DNA of 64,000 nt from Neoechinorhynchus agilis (lineage: Eukaryota > Animalia > Acanthocephala), in assembly GCA_051530055.1 (NCBI GenBank), contig CM121341.1:18702784-18766783 (forward strand), given 5' to 3'. Shown here one piece after another: positions 9,207 to 20,707 of the stretch (the stretch's first letter is position 1; each line of letters opens with the position of its first letter). The translations under genes were made by a program, and so were the position numbers. The notes under the pieces were generated by a model that was not told the DNA's origin, did not search any database, and was given only the letters and a program-made list of their open reading frames with translations.

Positions 9207-11664
9207 AAATCATAGCAGAAAATTTAGAAATACGTGGGCTGGATTTTTTCTTCTGATGATTGAAGATCCCCTTGCTGGAAATATTCCATTTAAAATTTTC
9301 TTAGTCAAAATAATAATGAGAGCTTACGAGAAGGCCCGGAAGGGTTGTTCTAGTGATAATTCTTCTATTGCCATACCAAATAAGGTACAAAACCAATCTT
9401 ACTTGAAGAGTACGCCTTCCAACTGGTTTACAAAAGGACTGCTGAATAAAGAAACAACAGAATTTTTTGTGTTAACTGCTATTTTAGTTGATAATTGGAA
9501 GAATGACCATCTTATAAAAGGAGTTCGTTTGTTTTGACGCGAACTTTCGTGTAATAAAAGATTGCTTGATACGATAATAAGAGGGTCACAGAAAAAACCC
9601 ATCAATCTTTACGAAGAAAGATTAAAAAGTATAACTTTAGATCCGCCTATAAAATTTGTTCCAGAGGTTGAAGACACTGAACTAGAAACAAATGAGATTA
9701 TGCCTAAGAGTTGTTGTGATTGTACTGGATGGCACGAATTACTTTGATAAGGATGCTATCCTAGTGGAAAGTTTGGTATTATTGAATGACAACGTTTTAG
9801 CTCATTTTGTAGGACAGTCATTTAACGATTTTCCTTGAAATAAAATCGTGCGAAAGGCAAAAAAACTTTATGAAAACAGAAATTACGGCTCAAAAACGAG
9901 AGGAAAAGTTCTGACTAATACTTGATCTAAAAGCAACAAATTCGTGACAAATCCTCAAGGCCAAATATCACGAAATCGATTGGCAAAATTTCACAAATAT
10001 TTACACTAAAAATTATATGTGATTTATTGCTTCCAATGTGTATTACAAACAATATCGATCACCTAAATATTGATTGTTTTCTTACGACCATGTTGCGCAA
10101 AGCATTTATCCTAGGAATATTGGCGAACCCTCTAATCCATATTGGCCATTCCCGAATCTCCGACTACTCTCTTCATCATTTTCAAACGCTACTGTCGCAC
10201 ATTTCAGTAAACAATGAATTTAAAAGGCGTCGGCAAAACAGATTCGTCTAAAAATGTACCAATAAAAACCGAAGCTCGTAAAAGTGGTACTAATAAAGAC
10301 ATTAGCGAGTTGGCACCACGGGATAAACATTTAAAATTTGCAAGTCGAAAGGTAAAGACAGAAACGTTTTACGATTCGACGAAAAGATACATTGAAGTGT
10401 ACAACGAAGAAGATGCGCAGCGAGTAATAGGAAAGCTCCGATTGTATTCAGAACAAGAAAATGCTGAAAAAATGAAGCATTATCTTGAAATTGTAAAGAA
10501 CTCGCGGCTTGTATACGATATAGCGATGGCGACCTGTGGAGTCAATTGGTTGAGAGATAAGTTTTACAAATACCTGTTTGTCTGCTACGAGTTACCTGAT
10601 TGGCTTAACGATAGTGAAATTCCAGAGCAATTGTCCGTTGTTAAGATTCCAGATGCTCGAGAGTCTTATATTGCGGACATTGATCCGACGGCAAGACCTG
10701 CTGAGCGTACGTTGAAAAGAATTTCGGCTCGCGAGTACATAAAGCTTGCACAAATTAAGTGCCCGATTGAAACTTCAACTTCTTTTAAAGATCCATATGA
10801 GGACGATGACTGCGAAATCTACAATATTGATCAAGTTAGAAAGAAACCTTCTCAGGATTTCATAAAAGATATAGAAGAGAAACTAACAAGGATTGACGTG
10901 GAAAAAATTCAACCATTTAGATTTATTGATATTCTAAGGCAAAAGAAAGATCTATCGTATGGAGATAAACTCTTCATTCGGGAGTATGATCGAAGACAAA
11001 AGGAGGCTGAAAAGGAAAGGCTGCTTAAAGAGAACGATAGGCTCATAATGGAATGCACCATTCGAAAATATAAATACGATGCCAATGGTGTCAATGCAAG
11101 AGAGCTCGATCCAAGAGTTGCGGAGGAGAAGCAAAACTTCGACAATTTTACGAATAATGTGAAGACGTATATCTACGACGGTGGATTCCCGATAACAAGA
11201 ATAATCGAATATATGACCGACTTTTGCGATTTATCTGAGATGCTGACATTTGAGAACAACAACCCAAATTTGGAAAAAGACCTCCAGCTCTTGTGGAAAC
11301 GGAGATGCAAACTAGATTACGATATGGAGATGCCAACAAAGGGCAATTGTTGGAAAGCGACCTATATTAACCACTGGCGCTTCTTACATTCAACTAACGA
11401 AAATTAATCCGTTGATGCTCCCATAATTGTCTGTGGCGGCGAAAAGGGTTATTATATTAATTCTTTTCTAGGTGCCACTGATTCCAAGAAAATGAGGGGT
11501 TCAAATAAATAGTGATTTGCCTTAATCACTAGTAAGATTCGATTGTGAAAATAATCAAGCTCCAAATAAAATTAGTTATATAGTTACTGACTTAGAATTA
11601 TGATATGAGAAAAGGTATTATAAAGTGGGTAGAATATCATCTTTTGACTAGAGCCTTGCGGTTG
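9207..11664 (+). repeat. ~2.46-kb duplicated segment, copy 1
   Basis: Near-identical to 20708-23185 (offset about 11.5 kb). Confidence 0.95.
10214..11407 (+). CDS. Intronless 397-aa protein with a C-terminal Elongin A-like domain (copy 1)
   Basis: YDGGFPITRIIEYMTDFCDLSEMLTFENNNPNLEKDLQLLWKRRCKLDYDMEMPTKGNCWKATY aligns with the recalled Elongin A pattern GGVPY..LE..L.RC....L..IE..N..L......LW..HC..DF....P.....WRE.Y. Confidence 0.65.
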   Translation: MNLKGVGKTDSSKNVPIKTEARKSGTNKDISELAPRDKHLKFASRKVKTETFYDSTKRYIEVYNEEDAQRVIGKLRLYSEQENAEKMKHYLEIVKNSRLVYDIAMATCGVNWLRDKFYKYLFVCYELPDWLNDSEIPEQLSVVKIPDARESYIADIDPTARPAERTLKRISAREYIKLAQIKCPIETSTSFKDPYEDDDCEIYNIDQVRKKPSQDFIKDIEEKLTRIDVEKIQPFRFIDILRQKKDLSYGDKLFIREYDRRQKEAEKERLLKENDRLIMECTIRKYKYDANGVNARELDPRVAEEKQNFDNFTNNVKTYIYDGGFPITRIIEYMTDFCDLSEMLTFENNNPNLEKDLQLLWKRRCKLDYDMEMPTKGNCWKATYINHWRFLHSTNEN

Positions 11665-11668
11665 CCGT

Positions 11669-13790
11669 TCAATCGTCGGCATAAGTGTCCGAACCGAATA
11701 GGTGACAATTGTTGGATTGAGGAATTCGCTTTTTCCTAAGAGACGATAATATGGAAATGGCAGCGACGTAGCTGGACACTTTGACTACTACCGTAAGATA
11801 GTCTGCATACCTGCAATTTTGCACAATGAACCGTGAAGAAAGACAAAATCGAATAGGAGATAGGGGAGGTCCTCCATGGATCAAAATCTTAGAAAAATCG
11901 CCATAGAGCATAACCACACTGGAAAGTAAACGATTCCTTTAAATAACTTTGATTCGTGTTAAGTGAACGTTTGCTGGACGGATGTATATATTACCTATAG
12001 GAACTTCTTCCCTTCAACACAAATTGAAAAATAATTGATATAGATCTGTGTTTACGTTTTACTATGCGATCGATTTGCTAGGGTTTGAGTTGCAAAAATG
12101 ACGAAATCGTCAAGCAAATTGATAAAATTATAGGGAAAATGCTTGCGACCTTCAATTGATTTTGTTTCCTCAATGAGTCCCATGAGTCATAGGAACTCCT
12201 ATCCTCCCACTTGCATACCATTACAGCAATCTCAGGCCCGTTTTGAAATGCTATCTTCATTAATGAGGCCATTTCAGAACCAACATTAGTTTGCTCACCA
12301 ATTACCATTCTAACGTACGCTTTCTTGTCATCTGTACTGATATCGGTCGCCAACGAAACAATTTCAATATCAGTAATGTTCGTTTTTCTTGATCTAAATT
12401 TTAGCGCTTGCGAGCTGGCTGCAGTAAATGAGTCAACACAACTCAAATTACAGTTGATTGCTGCCATCAACGAATCTAAGCACTTCGAAATTCGTGCTTC
12501 TAAATGTTGTCGCAGATCGATCGTCGGCATGATCTATGTTGAAAATTTCGTCATTTTGACATCAAGATGATTCACTCCATCGATAAAAATCTTATCCTTA
12601 GCGGAAGGCCCACGTCCATTGATCGCTGGTGTCCTTTGCTTTGTGCGTACAGAAGCCAATGATGGAAGTTGATGCATTGCGGTGCCCTTCGTAACCTAAG
12701 CCTCCCCCTCTTTCTGAGACCAAATAGAATACGTTTTGAACTCAGCACATAATTTCGAGAATGCAGTGTCCTGCCTGACCACAATCAGTTCACATCCTAA
12801 CAATTCTCAGACAGTTTTCGCTGCAATTAATTTCAGCGCATTACGGACAAATAGTGGATATAACGGGGAACCTTTGCGCCCAAAATCTCGGTTGCTGACA
12901 TCCGTAGCATCGAGGAAAGTGGGAATCATCTTGCCGACTAATCTCATTGGAAATGAACTTGATTTCCATATCTTGAAAATAACAGTTTCTCGCCATAAGT
13001 GCATCTCGAATATCGAAGCCTGCTATGAACACTGCGCGTCAGATTGAGTTACTTGTTCTTTTAAATTTTAAGAAGAGCAGGACTTGCAATGGAGTTCTAT
13101 TCGAAATGCTTCCTATCACTGATATCGATATCTGGTGATAAGCTCGAAAAGATAAATGCTCATTTGTAAATTCCGTAGAAATTTCAATGCTCGTTATGTC
13201 AGGTTGCTTCGAGAAAACAGTTGACGAACAGCTGCGCAAAAGCATCCCGCGAAATAAGAGAAAAGATTGATTCTCCCCAAGGTGAAAGGACATTGTAGTG
13301 CAATGCTTCCTTTGGAAATATCGGATTTGATTTCAACGAAAAAATATGTGACCATCGCTTGGATGGAAACTCCAGATATTGGATATCCGAAGAAATGCAC
13401 AATTTTGTAGTTGAAGTGCCGTCACAATTTAGGTAGTATTTGGTTGGACGAAGGAGGAAAAAGGAGTCTCATGAGAATTTGGTAGCTGTTTGAAAATCCA
13501 AGCCAACTATTCAAAGTTAATGCGCATTGAATGATTAAAACAAAAAAATTATAAGTTTAACATCGTTATGCGCTGCTTCTAAATATTCTGATTTGGGACA
13601 TTCCATTCCTCGCCTTATTAGTTTTCCTTCTTAACATGAAGCCACGCCGATCTCTCATAGAGTCTAAGTGATTCAATCGCTTCTTTGATGTAAGAAATCG
13701 GGTCTAAGTAATTCAATCACTTTTCTGATGTACGAGATTGGTGTGACTTCATGCCAAGAAGGATAAACTAAAAGACGAGGAAAGGATGCC
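11669..13790 (-). pseudogene. Frameshifted coding remnant of a large unidentified gene
   Basis: A series of protein-like minus-strand ORF pieces in changing frames with stops, plus a diverged 40-bp tandem duplication at 13662-13741. Family not established. Confidence 0.35.
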
Positions 13791-14325
13791 CTAAATCTGA
13801 ATCACTATAACCGGCTTGCCAGTGAAAAACATTTAAGAGCTCCTAAATATCACGGCGCACTCTGAAGCGCTGGATTCCTCGTTGGCATTAAATGCTTTTC
13901 CTCTACGTATAATTCAAATTCAATCAAACTTGAGAGTTTCCGAGATGGTGACCACCAACAAATCCTGAATCGACCGAACTAAATTTGTTTAATATAAAAA
14001 AATTTCTTTTTGAACGTTGCAATTTTCCGAAGTTTCCTGCTTTCGTCTACAGACCGCTCAGCGTCTTCGACTTGTCCGTACTTCATTTGCGGGGATGCTT
14101 TAAGCATGAGTTTGACTTGCATTTCGACTAGATCGTCTTCGGTAGCCTATTGGGCCGCTAGCAATTGCATGTGAGAAGTTGAAGTACTAAATTTTGCCCT
14201 TTTCGTTTTTGGCTGTTTTGAGCAATCCTCGCTGAAACCTACAATGCTCAGAGGAACTCCTCTTTTTCTTGATTGAATTTTGCTCACAAAAATTATTAAC
14301 TTACTCGATAGAAAATAGTGATGCC

Positions 14326-14449
14326 TGTGGTGAAATCGGAACAACGAATTTTAATCAACTTGTAACTTTGCTACAAAAATGCACACAAAAAACCACACAC
14401 GCGACCACCACAATAACAATCGATAAAAGCCATCACGCATTTTACGCCA
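14326..14449 (-). repeat. 3' LTR (124 bp)
   Basis: Direct repeat of 18003-18124, preceded on the minus strand by the polypurine tract. Confidence 0.92.
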
Positions 14450-17400
14450 CTTTCCCATCTTTGTTTTTTTTCTTTTTTTTCCGATTGTTTTATTGCGGAT
14501 ACTTCAGCGGCACCTTTTTAATTCTTGTTGATCTGCGCAAAAGGAGGGATTCTTTCAGCTCTTCCGTAATAGAACTTCCACTTGGTCGGTCATGGTCTGA
14601 GTGAGTAGGGAGTATATCGTCTCCTTGTGAATCATCATCCACTTCCTTCGGTTCGTCGTTCCCAGCCGTTGGATTCTCCGCTATAACTCTTTCGGATTTA
14701 GTTAAGTTCGGAATTTCGCTCGGTAATCGACTTAAATCCCTCATGGGTAACGAACATGCGCATAGGACGGATTGGCTTCCAAAAGTTCCACTTCCTGAAC
14801 CAAAGGGTCAAACTTTCTCCTCGCGAATTTCCTCAGGAATACGGGGCAAGGCTTTACAAGCCAATCTGGCAATGCCGTCCCCAATCCCGAACGTCGCAAA
14901 AAGGTGAAGAAGCGTTCGTGCGGAGTCGCATTTGAAGTCCGAACAAGCAGCGATCGAATCGAATGCATTGCGACAGGCAAAACTTCCTCCCATCTGGCCA
15001 GGTTCATATTTCTAGTTTTGAGTGCTAGCAGACAGCTTTCCATATCGTTCCATTAAACTTTTCGATTTGACCATTGCCCATCGGATGATATGGAGTCGTC
15101 TTACAAAATGGCACACCACTCTTCCTACGGAAATGCTTGACATCCGAACTTAGAAACGGCATTCTTCGATCGCTATGTACGAATCCTGCGACACCACATA
15201 GCGAAAATATCTCAGTTAAACACCGAATGACGGTGGTACTCTTCATATCGGCACGAGGTATAGCAAAGGGAAACCTGCTGTATCCGTCGACCGCAGTGAA
15301 CAAATATTTGTTATTAGTTGAGGAGGGCAGAGGTCCTTTAAAGTCAACGGACAAGCGGTCCATTGGTTTTATGGCTTGAATGAGCTGATTACGGTCTTTG
15401 TCGGACGAGTAAAATTGAGGCTTCAATTCAGCACAAATACGACATTGCGCGCAGACTGTTTTAACTTCATTCATTGAAAAAGGGAGATTCTTCGACCGAA
15501 CATAATGCATGAGCCTAGCCACGCCTGGATGGCATAATTGGTCGGGGATTCGAGAGAGCATATTTACATCAGTTGTCGTTGCACATACTCGTGAAAACGC
15601 ATCTGCAGCCCAATTTTGAGGTCCTGGTCGATATCGAATGGTATAACTTAGATCCGCTAGCTCTATCCGCCATGATAGAATTTTATTGTTTTTTATTTTC
15701 GTTCTCTTCCTGTTATCCATCACAAAAGCTACACTACGTTGGTCCGTAACAAGTGCGAATGTACTCGAAGAAAGTAAATATCTCCACTTCCTTACCGCCT
15801 CTATTATAACCATTGCTTCCTTTTCAGCAGCGGTGTAAAGGGATTCAGTAAGGTTCAAAGTCCTGGACATGAATGCGACCGGTCGACTGTTTTAACTCAA
15901 TACTGCTGAAATCGCTGTCTGACGCGTCACACTCTACCGTGAATGGTTGATTGTCGTCGATCGACCCCAACGATGCTTTCGCCAATATGCTCTTGAGTTC
16001 CTCGAAAGCAGATACTTCTTCTGCCTTCATAGGGAATTTGCAGCATCCGATGAGTGGCGCAATTTAGTCCGAGAATCCTTCGATCCATTTCGCATAATAC
16101 CCGAACATCCCAACAACACGCCTTAAAACTAGAAGCATTGCAAGGAACAGGGAGTTCCAGTAAGGGTCGCAATCTTTCGAGATCCGGTGAAATAATATTA
16201 TTAGCGATGCTGTAGCCCATTAGCTCTTTCTTCCTTACTGATCGTACTGATTTGTTATCGTTCAGTTTTAGATTGCGTCGTTGTCCACATAAGGAAAAGC
16301 GCAATTTAACTTTTCCTGTGCAATCATGTCATCCATAGCCAGTTGAAATGCAGAAACTTCATTGGTAACCCCAAAAGGAATTCTTGTAAACTGGTAGAGC
16401 TTCCCATTTGCTTCGAATCCGGTATAGGGCCTTTCCTTTTCTAGGATACTCGCTTGATGGTATGCACTCTTTAAATCAAATGTGGAAAATATTTTGTATT
16501 GGACGATTCTATTGACCATCTCATGCATGTTTGGTAAGGGATACGCATCCAAACGAGTATATTGGTTAATAGTTTGCGAGTAGTCAACCACACATACGTT
16601 TTCGATCTTTGATCTGCTCACCTTTTACAACGACGATTTGAGCCCTCCACGCAGACTTGCTCGGCTCAATCACTCCTTCATTCAAAAGTCTGTTCATCTC
16701 TCCACGGATAAAGTCTCAATCCTCGCGGCAATATAATCGTGATTTAGTAGCTATTGGTTTGATGTTATCCTCAACACTTTCAAATAGTGGAGCTTCCAAT
16801 AAACTTGCATTCATCACTTGACAAAATTCTTTAGATCCACGTATCAATAGCTCATCTCCCGGACCGTCGTATACAAATTTGACACAACTGTGTCTCTTCT
16901 GAAAATCCAATCCTAAGATTACGTCTCCACAAAGGTTCTTTAGGATGTTGAGTTTGATATCTTTATGAAGTCCGCAATACATTGACTTTCGATCTCGAGT
17001 TGCTTTGATGTGGAAGCTAAGCTTACATTACCAATTGCAGGCAGAATGCGCAGCTTTAATCTTTTAACCACATCATCATTAATAAATGAACGGGTGCTAG
17101 CTGAATCAATTATTGCTAGCAAACGATGACCCTGAATTATAATAGGAAGAGAAACATCGTATAAAGAGTTCAGAATAGGAGATTTGTCTTTGACTCCCAC
17201 TGCAGCGGAGCAGAAATCGATGGCGGCAGAGAGTTTATCTTCTTGAATGTTTTTCTTTGATTGGCACATTGCTCGCCAGTGCCCTTTTTTCCCGCAATTA
17301 GTGCAATTCGATTCTTTTGCTGGGCATTTGTATCGTGGGTGGCGTGGCTTCCCACAAAACCAGCATTTCCTTGTGGTAACTTTCATCACCGCCACTTGAT

Positions 17401-18002
17401 CTTCATTTTCCATCTTGTCCGGTTCCTTTTTGCTGCAGCTACTGTAGAAAACGTCGGACGCAAATAGAGATCTGCATTTTTCTGAGCGCTTTCTAAGGAT
17501 TTCGATATTAAAACTGCCTCGTCCACAGATAGACCGTCTTTTTCTAACAGTCGTTGTCGGATTAATGGCGATGATATTCCAGCAAGAAAAGAGTCGCGCA
17601 CTAACTCTAATCTGTATTCTTCAGGAGTGACTGCTTTCAACTGACAGCCTCTACTGATCAGATGGAGGGCTTGAAGGTATTCATCTATTGATTCTTACGG
17701 CTTTCGTGTTCGGGTAAATAAGGTGAACCTCGAGAATATCGTATTCTCCTTTTAATATAATAACCATCAAGAATTTGGATCGCTTTCTCATAAGTGTCAA
17801 CTTCGGCAACTAATTCATAAACTGTAGGAGAGATAAATCGTACCAGACATTTGAGCTTGTTACTTTCTGATCCTTGATCGATTCCATGAAATTTTCCAGC
17901 ATTTGTTTCCAGTGTCTGTAATCTCGTGATGCCAAAGTAGTATTAGGTTCTGTTTGTAATTTGTCTGGTTGTAAGATTCGATCCATTGCAAGTTGATTAA
18001 AT

Positions 18003-18124
18003 TGTGGTGAAACCGAAACAACGGGTTTTAATCAACTTGTAACTTTGCTACAAAAATGCACACAAAAAAACACACGCGACCACCACAATAACAATTGATA
18101 CACGCCATCACGCATTTTACGTCA
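18003..18124 (-). repeat. 5' LTR (122 bp)
   Basis: Direct repeat of 14326-14449 with about 9 substitutions and a 2-bp indel by eye. Confidence 0.92.
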
Positions 18125-18742
18125 ATGCCCACTCCATATTATAAGTTTTCTTTGGATATTGAGAATGTGTTGTCGATTATGCATCTTTATTAATTTTAGT
18201 GTTTCTGAATTGTAAATGAATTTGAAGTGTCAAAATTAGATTGATAGTCGAGTGGGAGAGACATGAATTTTTTAATTTCTTTTCTTTGTTAATTCACAAA
18301 TAAACGTGTTATTATTAATCATGATCGTGGCATTGGAGTTACCAATGCGAGAAGACTTAAGGATGTATTTTATTAATTCAGACGCCCGGAAATCAATTGT
18401 AACCAACGGGCACAATAAAAATCCCTTTTGCAAATTTTCTTAGTTGAGTTTATGAAATGGCAGGACACGATTTCCCATCCACGCGAAAAACTACTGTGTT
18501 TGATTTGCATTTCGACAGAATCTTTACCAGCAATTTTCAAAGTTTGAAATATAATTTAGTGAAGCGAAATCTTTTAATAAGGTAATCATGGAAAACAATA
18601 CTACCCTGGACGTTTTCTATGAAGCGATTTTTATATAGAAGATTCGCCTCCCTACATGTAGGAGCTTTTTAATAAAATATGTGCTTAAAATATTGCATTT
18701 TTTAGAATTTTTATATGTGGATCAGCCGGTAGTCTTTTCACA

Positions 18743-18928
18743 GATTTTTTTCTCCATACACCGCCGAATGGACACACGGGCCACCGATTTCGGTCTTGGA
18801 AGCGCTGGTCTGCGCTCAATGCTCCAAGACCGTACGGTTCTATGTTTGTACATCCCTCCGGATTCTCATATACCCCCAGGAGGCGGGACTCATCAGTGAG
18901 TTTCCTCCTTCAGCAGTATTTCGTGCCC
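18743..18928 (-). mobile_element. Permuted-hammerhead repeat, copy B (5'-truncated, alternative tail)
   Basis: The reverse complement reads gggcac-GAAA-tact..ctca-CTGATGA-gtccc..ggta-TA-tgag. The tail is shared with copy C. Confidence 0.8.
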
Positions 18929-18929
18929 G

Positions 18930-19727
18930 AAATCAGTGGACCGTGTGACCATTCGCGCGTGTATCGAGAAGCTGATGCGTATCTACATATGGAAGTGCAC
19001 CCTGAAAGTCAAAAATTGTTGACTATTGCAACCCCTTGGGGACTATTCAAGTACACAAGACTTCCTTTCGGATTGTCGGTAGCACTTCAGACTTGATTTT
19101 GAGTGGCATCGATAATGTCGGGGCATATCTGGACGATATCATAGTGATCGGTGGGACGGACGAAGAGCATCGTCGTAATTTTGAAATGGTGTTGAAGAGA
19201 TTGCGCGATGTGAATGCGAACGTGAAACTGGCGAAGTGTCAATTTTTCAAGAACAAGGTCGAGTTTCTGGGATACACGCTGAGGAGTGGATGTATTGAAG
19301 CTAATGAGGAGAAAGTTAAGGATATCATGGATAGTCCGTCACCATCAGATAAAAAGGAATTGAGAAGTTTCCTGGGAATGATGAACTATCAAGAGCGTTT
19401 CATTCCCGGACTTCAATCAATAGCAGCACCACTCTATGACCTGTTGGCCAACAATGCGAAATGGGTGTGGTCTAAGAGACAGCAAGAGGTGTTTCTCAGA
19501 TTGAAGGAGACGCTGCAGGATGCCAGGAGTTTACAACCTTATAGAAGAGAATGGCCACTGATACTGGCCTGCGATGCAAGCGATATCGGTCCGTGACACT
19601 TTTCTATTGAAATTGATGACACGGGTAAACGCAAGAGGCAATCCGCGTGAACATTATCGCTTCCCTTTACATATTCTACCCTGTAATCGTACTCTCCCAA
19701 TAGCAGAGCCCACCAGTTAAGTGTCAA
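18930..19727. mobile_element. Ty3/gypsy pol fragment with internal inversion
   Basis: Plus strand: DAYL..LLTIATPWGLFKYTRLPFG, AYLDDIIV, ACDASD (to about 19594). Minus strand: WALLLGEYDYRVEYVKGSDNVHADCL (19595-19727). Confidence 0.8.
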
Positions 19728-19918
19728 CTGGCTTCGAATCCGTTACCACCGATGACGAACATCAAAGAGGACGAAATACTGCTGAAGGGAAGAAACTCAC
19801 GGATGAGTCCCGCCCCCCGGAGGTATCTGAGAATCCGGAGGGATGTACAAACTTATAACCGTACAGTCTTGGGGTATTGAGCGCAGAATCCATTCGGCCG
19901 TGTATGGAGAAAAAAATC
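19728..19918 (+). mobile_element. Permuted-hammerhead repeat, copy C (B box, HHR and alternative tail)
   Basis: gcttcgaatcc..gaggac-GAAA-tact..ctca-CGGATGA-gtccc..ggta-TC-tgag; U4G core mutation. Confidence 0.8.
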
Positions 19919-20707
19919 GATTAAAATGTTGCGTTTGGCAGAATTAAAAATTAAATCGTAAAAATGGGAAACTGGAATTACTTTCAAAGGGGAGATAACT
20001 AAAATGATATATATTATTTGAATTTACTAATCAATATAGGGTCCAATATGAAATTGTCTCTGAAGAAGAGACCTTTTGTTTTAAAGCAAATGAAATTATT
20101 ACCTAAGATCATCTGCGATTTTATTTGTGTAGTATTGTAAAAATTAATGGAGATGTTTTTCTCAAGAATCTTTCCGTCGATAAAATAGTTATCTAGTCCG
20201 TGAATAATTGTGAAAAGTAGGAAATTAAGGTAAAGGAAAAACATAATCCTTAAAGTGCCGTTTCGTGGCCGATAAAAAATTGGAATAAAAGCCATCCACA
20301 ATTATGTCAGGGTTCCAAAATAAAGGAAATAGCAAGTAATTCTTTACAAAGCGATAGATATTTTCTAATTGTAAGTATCTGTTGCAGATAATGAATTTCG
20401 GGCTTAGTAAATTGCGTGGAGAATTTAATGGGTTATCGATTGACAAAACTTTATACATGAAAAATGTCTTTTTTATACTAAGCAGGCATCTGGGCGAAAG
20501 GGAGTATTGTACGAGTATTTGTAGCCCACCGGAAAACCTTTGGTTGAGTTTGCAAGTGAATGGGGCTGGGAGACAATAAAACCAGTGTACGTTTAATTTT
20601 CGATTAATTTTTCGGTGAAAATATTTTCTTAACCACGCTAATAGTCATGAAATCATGAGTATTAATTTTAGTGCATAATTTATTCAAGAATCTTTTTCTG
20701 ATTGAGA

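Larger units (their letters stand above)
14326..18124 (-). mobile_element. Ty3/gypsy LTR retrotransposon with both LTRs and TSD, degraded
   Basis: TG..CA LTRs; 5-bp TSD ATGCC (14321-25 and 18125-29); PPT AAAGATGGGAAAG. Coding remnants: gag (MDRILQPDKL.., CWFCG..H/CTNCGKKGH), protease IIDSAS, RT (FDLKSAYHQ, RIPFG, YVDN), RNase H (ECDAS), integrase (HPGVARL, SVDFKGP, GQIEKFNG). Many frameshifts. Confidence 0.95.

Noticed and set aside
9256-9920. Separate gene upstream of the Elongin-A-like ORF
   Set aside because: Short frames with shared stops in both copies and no recognisable family; cannot be supported.
10214-10232. TTTAAAA as a programmed frameshift site
   Set aside because: The required shift is +1 and the heptamer is out of phase for -1 slippage; no stimulatory structure was seen.
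11669-13790. TRAPPC10 gene symbol
   Set aside because: The resemblance is impressionistic, so the symbol was withheld.
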